This document shows positions 9,882-22,384 of a stretch of 34,526 nucleotides of DNA, piece after piece. The stretch is from Octopus sinensis (taxonomy: Eukaryota). Location: contig NW_021831729.1 in assembly GCF_006345805.1 (NCBI RefSeq), positions 1 to 34,526 of the forward strand. The letters run 5' to 3'. The stretch's first letter is position 1. Each line of letters opens with the position of its first letter. The notes below the pieces were generated by a model. That model was not told the DNA's origin. It saw only the letters and a program-made list of their open reading frames with translations, and did no database searches. The position numbers and the translations under genes were made by a program.

Positions 9882-10018
9882 TTAAACATATGTATGTATG
9901 TATGTAGGTATACTATAATCTATAATATGAAAGAATCGTTTGATACGGAACAAAGATACATGGTGTTTATTGCCTTATTGCAACATGGGCAGATGTTACG
10001 TCTCTCCTCTCTTCAAGC

Positions 10019-10027
<9 letters not shown>

Positions 10028-10080
<53 letters not shown>

Positions 10081-10396
10081 ATGTATGTATGTATGCATAC
10101 ATAAAACTTACTTGGAAGAGGGTGCGTAACGTTCAATCATATAATATATATATATATAATATACATACACACACACACACACACATATATATACATATAT
10201 ATACATACGTATATGTACATACATGTACACATATGTATATATATATATATATACATATGTGTACATGTATGTACATATACGTATGTATATATATGTATAT
10301 ATGTGTGTGTGTGTGTATGTATATTATATATATATATATATTATATGATTGAACGTTACGCACCCTCTTCCAAGTAAGTTTTATGTATGCATACAT

Positions 10397-10439
<43 letters not shown>
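10028..10439. repeat. ~410-bp near-perfect palindrome centred on an (AT)n run
   Basis: Unique 37-nt core 10103-10139 is the exact reverse complement of 10346-10382. The interposed microsatellites also mirror each other and differ only in repeat number. Confidence 0.93.
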
Positions 10440-10442
10440 GAA

Positions 10443-10669
10443 GGCGGCGAGCTGGCAGAAACGTTAGCAGGCTGGGCGAAATGCGTAGCCGTATTTCGTC
10501 TGTCGTTACGTCGTGAGTTCAAATTCCGCCGAGGTCGACTTTGCCTTTCATCCTTCGGGGGTCGATAAATTAAGTACCAGTTACGCACTGGGGTCGATGT
10601 AATCGAACTTAATCCGTTTGTCTGTCCTTGTTTGTCCCCTCTATGTTTAACCCCTTGTGGGCAATAAAG

Positions 10670-10674
<5 letters not shown>
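10443..10674 (+). mobile_element. Family-A SINE, monomer
   Basis: Full head-to-tail match to other copies; ends GCAATAAAGAAATA. Confidence 0.93.
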
Positions 10675-10718
<44 letters not shown>

Positions 10719-11508
10719 ATATATAGATATATAGATATATATATAGATATCTTATTATTATATTATTATTATATATATACATAACTTTGATAGGTTTCGG
10801 CCAGTATATTAGGCCCAGGCCATGTCCAACTCAGTAGCACCACCTGGTGAAATCTTGTAGTCATATGTAGGGCACCATAACCCACTTTACCAAAGAGTTA
10901 TTGCTGTTGCAGATGGTGGAGGGAGCAGGAGGCAATAATAACGAAGTGATGGATATGTGTTCGTGTGTCTGTGTGTCTGTGTGTACCTGTTCCTTATTTC
11001 CCTGTGCCTTGTCGACTTGCGGAGATAAAGATTGTGTATTGGTTCCATCGCAAACGACCTCGATAATTTCGTAGGTTGACCTGACCACAAATCATTCTCT
11101 TACCACTGGCCAGTAGACATTACACAATTCCTTAATAGATAAACCAAAGACTAATGGAGATGCGCCCTCCTCTCTGGTTAGAAGTAGAGATAATTGGGTC
11201 ACTGGAGTTTCTCCTAGCCTCTAGATTTCTGTTTTGATCAAATATACACGATTCTGGAAAATCCATTCGGTCAACTGAAATAGTAGCAGAATCAATGTAA
11301 ATGTTTTTGCTCCGTGGATTTTAAACTATGTTCAATCATTCTGTATGTCCTTTAGTTTTGAAATTCATCAATTCATCTGACGAAAACGGTTTATTTATAA
11401 TGATGTAATGTTTTCGTCGAACAATTCAAAGGAGTCGTTAGAAACGGCTGTAATGGACTGACACCTGTACATCTTTGTTACTCATTTATATATGTATGTA
11501 TCTCTCTT

Positions 11509-11567
<59 letters not shown>

Positions 11568-11924
11568 TATATATATCTAATTATCTAATGTAGGATAAAA
11601 TTTTTTCGAAAAAAAACTTTTTCAATGGCCAGCATATTAAAAAATACCTTTAAAGGTTAAATTATAAACAACTTACAAATAAGAGCAAACGAAAAAATTT
11701 CTAATGCCAAATATGCCAAACATTGGACATATTGTCCATTTACCATATAATTTTTTTCTCAGTACGCACGCTACTCGAAAAAAGGTCGACGGAAATCTCT
11801 AAAAAAAATTCCATTATTACCATATCGGACCGATTTCAGGGTTAGTTCAAAAAAAGAAACCCCTCTTATATATATATATATATATATTCATAGATATATA
11901 TGTATATATATATACATGTATGTA

Positions 11925-11978
11925 TATTCTTCTTCTCTAGCTTCAGCTCAGAGCTGCGGCCATACTGATTCACCGCCG
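11925..11978 (-). mobile_element. LINE/SINE shared 3' tail fragment
   Basis: Minus strand GGCGGTGAATCAGTATGGCCGCAGCTCTGAGCTGAAGCTAG resembles the tails at 7751 and 2467. Confidence 0.55.
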
Positions 11979-12102
11979 TTTAATATACGTACATATCTCT
12001 TAGATACCCTAAATTATAATTTTATATTATATATAACATGAATATTTATTGTTAAATATTCATCGTCAGGGATACACACAAAACACAATATATAATATAT
12101 AT

Positions 12103-12164
<62 letters not shown>

Positions 12165-12844
12165 GAGCATCGCGAAAGACCTTGTTTGAGGCCCGAAATT
12201 CGGAATTCTTTAACAGGGCTTAGAAAAACTGAAAGACTGCTGAAATAAATGTTTGAATCTGAGAGGAGATTATGTTAAATAAAATCATAATTAACTGATC
12301 CATCTGTATTTTTCATTTTACCCACAGCCAGGAACTTTTCAGTATGCCATCGCCCGTGTGTGTGTGAGTGTGTGTTTGTGTGCGTATGTGTGTATATGTG
12401 TGTATTTCTGCGTGTGTGTATGTGCATGCGTGCATGCGTGTATAGCTATGTGGTTGTCTTCTCCAATTATGCGGTCTGACATTCATTAAACGTAATCGCA
12501 ATCTTATAAAAAAAGGATTGTCCGTAAATCGAGAAATTACGAGCAAAGGAATAAGTCCGCCATATTTTTTCCAGCTATTTGCATTAAAATTCAATGATAC
12601 ATAAAACAGGACTTCAATATATCACCTGAGAATTCTTAAGGGGATTTCGTGAGTAAATATGGTTTCTTTGATTTATGGTAATTCCAGAATCTTCCTATTT
12701 TTAACCATCTTTCCATAAGTTAGCTCGACATATGTGTGCGCTTGCGTGTGTGTGTGTATTAATATTTGAATACGTAAAGTAGCCTCTTATTTTGGAGCGT
12801 CTAAATTTACATAGGCCTATATCTCATCGTATGGTATTTGATGT

Positions 12845-13143
12845 TATATAATACTGTGTATAAACCCGTATGTAAATACATATTTATGCAAATATCTATA
12901 TATATATATATATATATTTATAATATATGTATATAAATATAAATACATATAAACATGTATGTATATACATATACGTATATACACATATGTATGCATATAT
13001 TCATATACACATATATACATATATATATGCATACATACATATAAGTAATATATACACATATACAGATATACATTTGCATATATATATATATGCTTGTATA
13101 TATGTGTATATATATATATAGATACATATCTGTATATATATAT

Positions 13144-13177
<34 letters not shown>

Positions 13178-13345
13178 ATATATATATGTATATATAATTA
13201 ATATATATTATATATATATATATATCTGTGTATATATATATACAAATATGTATATATATAAATCTGTATATAGGTATATATCGGTATGTATGTGTGTGTG
13301 TGTGTGTATATATAGATATATACATATAAATAACGTATATCTGTT
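12845..13345. repeat. AT-rich compound microsatellite
   Basis: Direct reading. Confidence 0.88.
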
Positions 13346-13363
13346 CCGATATATAGAGTCACT

Positions 13364-13396
<33 letters not shown>

Positions 13397-13539
13397 TCTA
13401 TCTCACTATATATATATCTATATGCATATATATCTATGTCTCTGTGTGTGTAAGTATACTTGCATATATCTGTGTCTATACGCGTAAACACACATTCACA
13501 TTCATACACACACATATGTGTGTGTGTATATATATATAT

Positions 13540-13665
<126 letters not shown>

Positions 13666-13989
13666 ATAAACAACTATGCAAAAAATATACCTTACTATTG
13701 GGTGTATTCGTATATCTACATAGATATCAATTTACCTATAATATAGGACAATGTAGAGTTACATTTTTTGTGTATAGTTATGTCCCGATATCTATCCATT
13801 CATATTATTATCGCATGTTTTTGTTGCGTGCTTATGCGTGTGTACATATATGTGTGCGTAAGTATTTGTGTATGTGCATATATGTGTGTCTGTGTGTGTG
13901 CGTGTGTGGTTATATATTTGTACATGTATATGAACGCATCTCTGTATGTTTGCACGCATATTTGTGCATATCTATATTTATATCGTATT

Positions 13990-14006
13990 TATGTATCTAA
14001 ATAATA

Positions 14007-14059
<53 letters not shown>

Positions 14060-14094
14060 GTATACATACATATATATATAAATATATATATATA

Positions 14095-14150
<56 letters not shown>

Positions 14151-14332
14151 CGCATGCACATATACGCACCAAACATGCATACACACACAGACACATACAC
14201 GCACGCACACACACGCACACATATTATATATATTATATATTATAATATATACATACATATATTATGTATATATACTTATATATATATGCATATACATATA
14301 CATACATATAATATATATATATATATATATAA

Positions 14333-14366
<34 letters not shown>

Positions 14367-14468
14367 TGACAGATGAATAAACTGATAGGCAGAAACCATT
14401 GTATAGATAAACAAACAGACAGACAGGTAGGTAGATAGATAGATAGATAGATTAGATAGGGAGATAGA

Positions 14469-14499
<31 letters not shown>

Positions 14500-14518
14500 G
14501 TAGATAGATAGATGATAG

Positions 14519-14563
<45 letters not shown>

Positions 14564-14564
14564 C

Positions 14565-14660
<96 letters not shown>
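13990..14660. repeat. (AT)n then (AGAT)n microsatellite block
   Basis: Direct reading. Confidence 0.9.
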
Positions 14661-14661
<1 letters not shown>

Positions 14662-14913
14662 GTTGTAGTGGAGGGTAGCGGGTGCTCAAGGCGGGTATAA
14701 GGAAACGACAAAACTAGTTTCGTTGTTGTGATGAGATTTGGTAGGTGGAGCGTGACATCTCCATCACTCTGGAAAAATAGAATAAAATTTATTAATATGC
14801 ATCTGCCGAGACATATATGGCTATATGTGGACGGACGTGTACACATGCATGATGCGTATGTACACTTACGAATATATACATATATATGTATATATATAAT
14901 AAATATGAATTTA

Positions 14914-14947
<34 letters not shown>

Positions 14948-15125
14948 TATATATATATATGTATGTGTGTATACATATATGTATATATATATGTATATGT
15001 ATATATAAATGTATATGTATGTATATGTATATATATAATGTTGCGGAGTTAGTCGCACACGCACGATTTTGACTCAAACAAGTGAACGATGATGTACTAC
15101 GTATATGCATAAGGATATATATTAA

Positions 15126-15191
<66 letters not shown>

Positions 15192-15710
15192 TATGTTTAT
15201 GTGTTTTGTGAGTGTGTATGTGTATGTTTCTGTGTATGTATGCATCTATTCATAATGTGAATGTATGTTATATTTTATATTTACACATAGACACATACAC
15301 AGTGGATGATAAACGCATGCCCTTGTGTTCGTGTGTGTGTTTGTGATTTTATTTTGAGTCTTAAGAATATGCAGGTATTGTGTTTATGTCATGTAAAATG
15401 AATATTTGAATTATGATTTATCTATAAATTTTTTTTTGTGTGTGCATATGTTTCTTTAGACGTGCCTGTATGTGTTTGTGTATATGAGCGTCTGGAGTAT
15501 GTGTGTTTAGTTTGAGAAGAAAAAATATTAATCTTTATATCATTTGTGTTCGACTTTCTTTTGCTCGGCATATGTCTGTGTGTGTGTACATATGTATATG
15601 CGTGTGTATGTATGTATGTATATAACTGCTTTTAATTTTTAAACCTAAAATATAACTTATGAGCAACAATACAAGTCTACGCTGTCTACTTTTAGTTTTT
15701 ATTTCAACAG

Positions 15711-15788
15711 TGGAGTTAGAACCCTTCAGGAAATCTTCGGAGAAATGTTGAAAGCACACATTTTTGCTCAGTTCTGTGTGAATGAAAG
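15711..15788 (+). CDS. Candidate internal coding exon of an unidentified host gene
   Basis: Acceptor ttttagtttttatttcaacag, donor AAG|gttagt, 78 nt, symmetric phase 2-2, open frame GVRTLQEIFGEMLKAHIFAQFCVNE(R/S). No homology confirmed. Confidence 0.4.
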
Positions 15789-15971
15789 GTTAGTGTATGA
15801 AAGTAGCGTATTATTTGCGTCCTGCTTCTTTGTGTTGCTAATCTGTGGGATAATTTTGTGATTTATGATGGTTTCTTTTATTCTCTGGTTACCAATGTTC
15901 TTTCTCTGCTTCCAGTGGAACCTAATATGTGACCATTCCGCAGTTGCTTTTTCTTTTGAGTGGTGCATGTT

Positions 15972-16009
15972 CATCATCATCATCATCATCATTATTACTA
16001 TTATTGTTA

Positions 16010-16072
<63 letters not shown>
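15972..16072. repeat. (ATC)n/(ATT)n microsatellite
   Basis: Direct reading. Confidence 0.95.
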
Positions 16073-16076
<4 letters not shown>

Positions 16077-16077
16077 A

Positions 16078-16245
16078 GTTGACGAGTTGTCAAAATGATC
16101 AATGGCATTTTGTCCGTCTTCACCTTCTAAGTTCAAATTCCGCCGAGATCGAGAAAGTAAGAACTAGGCAAACACTGTTATCGATGTAACCGACTTAACC
16201 CCACCCCCGAAATTGCTAGCCTCGTGCCAAAATTTGAAGCCAATT
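16078..16245 (+). mobile_element. Degenerate family-A-related SINE (alternative 3' end)
   Basis: AGTTCAAATTCCGCCGAG...CGACTTAACCCCACCCCCGAAATTGCTAGCCTCGTGCCAAAATTTGAA, similar to 32268-32480. Confidence 0.6.
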
Positions 16246-16734
16246 AAACGTTTGTTTAATCCGAGTAGTGATGGACACTTATCTAGATTCTTTGATCACC
16301 CAGAGGACATCGAACAAATAGGGATCATTGTCTTTTAGGCGTTAAACAACAACAATAACAACAACAACTTCTGAAGAAGGAAAGAGTAAAGAATGTGAAT
16401 CGACATGAACTTCTTGTATAAAGGAATTACAATAGCATTACTTATCATCACAACCGGGTGGACAGACATAACACTTGGATGGATGCCTACAAAACAGCGA
16501 TTGATATAGACACACACACAAACACAGACAAGTACACACTAATACAATCTCACAAACACATACACACACTCAAAAACATATATGTTTATGTCCAGGCATA
16601 CTATTGTGCAGATACACAAATTAAATGCACAGTTACAACTAACAGATGCCAGTGCATACAGATTAACGTACAACGTACATTAACACATACACACTAATTC
16701 ACGTAGTCGCGAGCGAACAATCACACACACACAC

Positions 16735-17155
16735 ACCCAAACATACAAACATACATACATACATACATACATGCATACATACTACATACATACATGCATA
16801 CATACATCATACATATATACATCCATACATACTACTACATGCACATACATACATACATACATGCATACATATACAACATATATACATACATACATACATA
16901 CATACATACAAACATACATACAACATACATACATCATGCTACATACAATACATACATGCATACAACATACATACATACATGCATACCTACATATATACAT
17001 CCATACATACATACATACAGCATACATACATACATACATACATGCATCATACATACATACATATATACAGACATACATACATACATACATACATACATAC
17101 ATACATACATACATACATACATACATACATACATCATGCATGCATACATACATAC
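16735..17155. repeat. Degenerate (TACA)n microsatellite
   Basis: Direct reading. Confidence 0.93.
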
Positions 17156-17162
17156 AAGTATA

Positions 17163-17486
17163 AAGACGCCCTTTGGTCGCGAATGACCATGGGATTGCAT
17201 CTAGAAAGTTCCCTTCCGATGCACAAGTCCAGGCAAGACCAACAGTCACCCATGCATACCAGGCTTCCCTATCCATACCACCGATGTTATCCAAAGGAAA
17301 GGCAAAGGGGCCGATACAGCTTGGCACCAGTGACGCCGCAACTCATTTCTACAGCTGAGTGAATTGGAGCAACGTGAAATAAAGTGTCTTGCTCAAGAAC
17401 ACAACGCGTAACCCGAACTTGGAATTGAACTTTCAGTTTCACGATTGTAAGCCCGACACTGTAACTACTGAGCCATGAGCCTTCAC
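17163..17486 (-). mobile_element. tRNA-derived SINE (third family)
   Basis: Minus strand: A-box-like TGGCTCAGTAGTTA, B-box-like AGTTCAATTCC, then GTTGTGTTCTTGAGCAAGACACTTTATTTCACGTTGCTCC shared with 7960-8010. Flanked by TACA-type repeats. Confidence 0.78.
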
Positions 17487-17699
17487 ATACATACATACAC
17501 CATAACATAACATAACATAACGGTACGTATGTACGCAGGCGCGTACATAATTTGTATCACCCGTTCTCACTTGTATGGTAATATATAAATCCTGAAATTT
17601 ACACTTTCTTCGTTTAATTCCAAGCTTTAACCTGTGAAATGACCCCCAACTGTCGGCGATTGATGAGACTGGAAGCAATAGGCTAACGTTTTCATTAAC

Positions 17700-18340
17700 A
17701 CGAAACCGGTTTGCAAAAGGAAAAAAAAAAGCCGTGGCGGGGTAGATGGAGAAAAATCGATAACGTATTTCCTGTTTAATTCGTCGATAGGTAAACTTTT
17801 GAACAGCTGTTCATTAATCTAAACAGAAGGAAGGAAGATCTCCCTGCCTTGTCTTCTTGTCTTGTCCTGCCATTCACTTGGTCTTGTCTTTTAAGTAATA
17901 TCCATTCGTGCGTCTATCAGTTATTGCATTCACAGCGTTCGAGTGTGAAACACAGGCGCCATTTTGCAATGGATTATTGTGCTGAAGCTTAAATAGTAAT
18001 ATTCGTTGTCACCATCGATGTTTCCTTTCAACAGATAACCGTGTTTGCTATTTTATTTTCCTTGTCTTCTACCTTTTCTCCGTTTTCCTCTCTTTTTCTT
18101 TCTTCTTCTTTTGTCTTCTTCCGTTGCTGCATTTATAACAAATTCGCGTTAGTTTAAAACGGAGAGGAACCGGAAGTTTAAATCAGAGAGGCAGAAGTCA
18201 GTGAAGCGCCGGAGACATTCTTGTGGTGTTGAGTTACGTTCTTTAGTACTAACAATAGTGGATCGACATAATCGGCAGAGCGTCGGAGAGAAAGCGCACA
18301 CTATGTATTAACATATGTTTACATCCGTCCGGGTGAAATC
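17700..18340. promoter_or_regulatory. Candidate promoter/enhancer island
   Basis: TE-free and relatively CpG-rich. ETS consensus ACCGGAAGT (18169-18177), YY1-like AAAATGGCGCC (minus, 17955-17965), 14-bp palindrome TGAACAGCTGTTCA with E-box (17800-17813). Confidence 0.35.
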
Positions 18341-18494
18341 TGAATTTCATCTTCTCTGCAATTTATATTCCTCTCTTTGTTGCTATTATTTAGCCCTAGG
18401 TCAACCTATACTTCTTTCTACCATAGGAACAAGGCCTGAATTTTTTTGTGAGGAGGGGACTACTTGATCTCTCTCTGTTTCCTTTCTCACTACG

Positions 18495-18692
18495 TGCATG
18501 CATGCATGTATGTATGTATGTATGCATGTATGTATGTATGTATGTATGTATGTATGTATGTATGTATGCATGCATGTATGTATGTATGTATGTATGTATG
18601 TATGTATGTATGTATGTATGTATGTATGTATGCATGCATGCATGTATGTATGTATGTATTTATGTATGTATGTATGTATGTATGTATGTATG
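18495..18692. repeat. (TATG)n microsatellite
   Basis: Direct reading. Confidence 0.96.
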
Positions 18693-18696
18693 AATA

Positions 18697-19134
18697 AGTA
18701 AGGAAGGATGTCAGGAAGGGCATCGCTGTTACACTTCCAGAAGGGAAGGGTCTTCCTTTGATTTTGACATGCAATGTCTGTGCAAGACCCTGCCTCAGTA
18801 AAGCTGGACTCATGAGTCATCTTCGTAGTCATAAAACGAGACAGATGAGTGACAACCTGGCCACTGGTGGTGGTGTAACACACCATATTAATCATATCTG
18901 TCGGGCATGTGGAAGATAGTGTAATTCGGCAGGAGGACTTAAACGACATGCAAAGGTACATGAAGCCCAGTTACAACTACAGCCGGCTATTACCAGTAAA
19001 GGTTTTAGTTGCCAATTCTGTACAAGACATTGTTGATCTTTAGCTGGGCTAAAAAGTTACATTCGATCACAGCACCAGTAGCAGTTAAGCTTCGTGCAAT
19101 GGCCATACTCGATAACGAGGGGGCAGCCATAATG
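18697..19134 (+). mobile_element. 5'-truncated LINE 3' end (RTE-like) with three C-terminal C2H2 fingers, pseudogenised
   Basis: Frame 18698-19081: ...LTCNVCARPCLSKAGLMSHLRSH...HICRACGR*CNSAGGLKRHAKVH...FSCQFCTRHC*SLAGLKSYIRSQHQ*, with two in-frame stops. ATGAATA occurs at both junctions (18690-18696, 19132-19138). Confidence 0.85.
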
Positions 19135-19145
19135 AATATATATAT

Positions 19146-19320
19146 ATATATTTCAAGTTTACAGAAAACAATAGACGAAGACAGGTGAAGTAACAGCAAG
19201 TAGGTGCATTAATTTAACGCTGGGGGGATGGAAAAGGCTTTTGACTTTTCGAGAAAAGACTAAGAGGTAAAAAAAAAAAAAAACGGAGAGACAAAACTTT
19301 GTAGGGGTTAATACATACAC
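19146..19320 (-). mobile_element. Degenerate interspersed repeat related to 26085-26275
   Basis: Reverse complement shares TAAT.CA.CT...TT.C..CACCTGTCTT.GT with 26200-26240. Confidence 0.45.
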
Positions 19321-19774
19321 AATGTGCTCGGATTGCTAAGTAGAGATAGCTCCTGTTGTTGTAAGCTAAATCGGCAGTCTATTTGGAACGGCAACTTCAA
19401 TAAACGGGGTTCATTGCACGATACTTGCTCACAAAGTCTGTTAGAGAGTCGGTTAAGCTCCTTGGTGGTAACTGTTCCGATTTTTTGGTTCCGTCCTCAA
19501 CGCATGCGGCATCGCAGTTGTCATACTGTAACGGCTCAACTTAGTGACGTTTCCTTTGGAAGAGGAACTGTGGCGGAAAGGTCTACATCATGCTTGCCTG
19601 GACAATAGCAGGTTTGCATTAAGAACCTTTTCACAGGCCTGCAAATACATATTTTGATGCATTGTCAAACTGCACCGATAAGCGCCCGTATAAATCTTTA
19701 TTCCTGGAGATTCAGGTGTGTAGAAACCGCATAAAAATGTTTACCAAATAGTTTCGAATACCTATTACATACCT

Positions 19775-20004
19775 ATTTCTTTACTACCCACAAGGAGCTA
19801 AACACGGAGAGGACAAACAAAGACAGACAAACGGATTAAGTCGATTACATCGACCCCAGTGCGTAACTGGTACTTATTTGATCGACCCCGAAAGGATGAA
19901 AGGCAAAGTCGACCTCGGCGGAATTTGAACTCAGAACGTAACGGCAGACGAAATACGGCTATGCATTTCGCCCGGCGTGCTAACGTTTCTGCCAGCTCAC
20001 CGCC
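19775..20004 (-). mobile_element. Family-A SINE
   Basis: Full-length match on the minus strand; ends GTAGTAAAGAAATAGGTAT. Confidence 0.93.
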
Positions 20005-20629
20005 TATTACATACCATGTATGATATTCGATTTTCCGGCACACAATTCGAAATTGGGAGGCCAAACTTACAGTCGACTTATACGGCAAAACGAGTTTGGG
20101 AGGCCAAAGATGCCCATGTAAAATGCAAAGTGATCTGAAGGACGTTTGGACGCCTCCACTATATGTTTATAGTATATACCAAGTTAATTTGAATCCCGGA
20201 AAATACATTATGTCATATGCATAACCGTGTCCCCAAGTACTGTAACATTCCTTTTCTGGAGGCTCTACAATTTGGCATTGCAGGGTTCGTTACATATTCA
20301 ACATAAGAAGTTCTCTAAAACGCAAACACATCCTCTTCTATATATTAAATTTATTGAAAAATATTCTCGATGCATATAAATATGACACACATATTTAACT
20401 TTTTTAGTGACAGGACAAGTGATATAATGTAGAAGTTTATTATAGATATCATATCACCCAAGAATGGGTCTTTGGAAATCTTTAGATAATATTAATGCCA
20501 TACCAGTTTTGCAGAAAATAACCACATTCACTTCTACCATATAATCACAGTCTTTTTCTCTTGAAATATCAAAAAAGATATTTCGAAGGAGGAGTGATAT
20601 CTATTTATATTTATAGAAATATAAATTTT

Positions 20630-20692
20630 TGTGTATATATATATGTACACACACATATATATATACATATATACATATATACATATGTATAG

Positions 20693-20740
<48 letters not shown>

Positions 20741-21040
20741 TTGTGAGTGAGTACGCTTATACATACATAAATTAGTAATAATGGTTTGTTTTTAAATAGA
20801 CTATGAAAGCAATGTGCCTATATATATATATATGTGTGTGTGCATTGTATATATGTGTGTATATATATATATGCATATATATATGTATATGTATATGTAT
20901 ATGTATACATGTATAGATAGATATAAGTTATATCATGGTGTATTATATCATAGTAATTTTCATATATATGTATGTATGTATAATATTATGTATATAAATT
21001 TATATATATATATATGCATATATATCTGCATATATATATA

Positions 21041-21128
<88 letters not shown>

Positions 21129-21135
21129 ATATGCA
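20630..21135. repeat. Compound AT/GT microsatellite
   Basis: Direct reading. Confidence 0.85.
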
Positions 21136-22384
21136 TATATATATTGGTACATCAAATGCAGATAAGCAAAATATTATGTGCATTTGTTTGATTTGATATT
21201 TTAAGTCGATGGAAAAGTCTCTTGATATAGATTTGCAGTTTACTTTATCGCCTCTCTCCATGTCAGGTATCTCTGTGTGTGTATGTGTGTGTATGTGTAT
21301 GTGACTACTGTGTGTGTGTGCCTGTGTTCTTGTACTTATATGTATATATACGTACATACCTCTTGAAGAGCCTAGAGAAAACGAAAAAGCAACGTTATCT
21401 GATTTGTCATATCACAAAACCCATATTTTTAGACATACTTAGTGATAAGCAACAAAAAACATACGCAGAATACATATAGATGTATATAGAGTGTATATAT
21501 ATTTAAATATGTACAACCACGGATACGTAAGTGTGTGTATGTAAATATGTATGTATATATGGAAATATATGTCATATACGTAAATGCATAAAAATGTATG
21601 CAGTAGTATAAAAGTGTGTGTGTGTGTGTATGTGTGTATAGTGAGTGTATATTGCTATGTAGAAATGTAATGATAGATAGGGAGAATGTTTTAAATGGTT
21701 ATCTTTACTTTCAAAATAATATATATAATTCTCATCTCACTGCGAATTCTCCACCAGGGCCACCACCGAAGAAAATTATCCCATCTTCCCGCCCCCCAAA
21801 AATAACAAAACAAAAAGTATAATAAAAAAACTACCATCGGAAAAAAACAGTGAATCAATTTTAAAAAAGTACAAGGAAGGAAAATCGATATAAAATCATT
21901 TGTTTATTTATTTTTGTCTCCGAGAAATCTTTGAGAGAGGAAAAACCCACTCCTTAACTTGCTACCAAATTCGGTTTTGTTTGGGGGTTTTTTTTTTATG
22001 CGTTTGTTGGATTTTAAAAATAATTCTTAGGCTTTTAGTTATTCTTCCCGAAATGTCTGTCTTGGCTTCGGTAGGGAATGTCAGATGAGGAAAGGGAGAA
22101 GGAAAATGTAAATATAGAATGTGAGGAGTAGAAAGAGTAGGAAAATAATAAAGCGGTGCTGCTTGTATTTTCTAACCTGGAATTCTGAATAGTAATTGAG
22201 GTTTCTTAATTAATTCTTGATTCTGTTTTTGTTGTTGTTTTGTGGTGAAGTTATTGTTGTTGTTCTTTCTGTTCTGTCGGTTGTTCTTCTGGAAGAAACG
22301 TACCTCATCGAACAAATCGGTTACATTCAGGGAATGGTCATAATCGGTAATAAGAAGAAATAGGATTCATGTGGATGTACACAT

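Noticed and set aside
11580-11860. Possible DNA-transposon remnant
   Set aside because: No matching TIR pair or coding motif could be found by eye.
12038-12069. CTGACGA followed by a 9-10-bp hairpin on the minus strand
   Set aside because: No GAAA after the stem; an AT-rich hairpin is expected by chance.
15720-15765. THAP-like VCFQHFSEDF on the minus strand
   Set aside because: Lacks the upstream Cys/Pro/Trp in correct spacing and the AVP motif; it overlaps a better plus-strand exon candidate.
17660-17711. TTGATGA...GAAACCGGTT as a hammerhead
   Set aside because: C3 is mutated and the intervening sequence does not form stem II.
19324-19608. 94-aa ORF in relatively GC-rich unique sequence
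   Set aside because: Starts at a non-ATG codon, has no recognisable domain and no convincing splice sites; left unannotated.
20053-20108. 13-bp direct repeats (TTGGGAGGCCAAA) with a 30-nt spacer, CRISPR-like geometry
   Set aside because: Only two short repeats, eukaryotic context, no cas genes.
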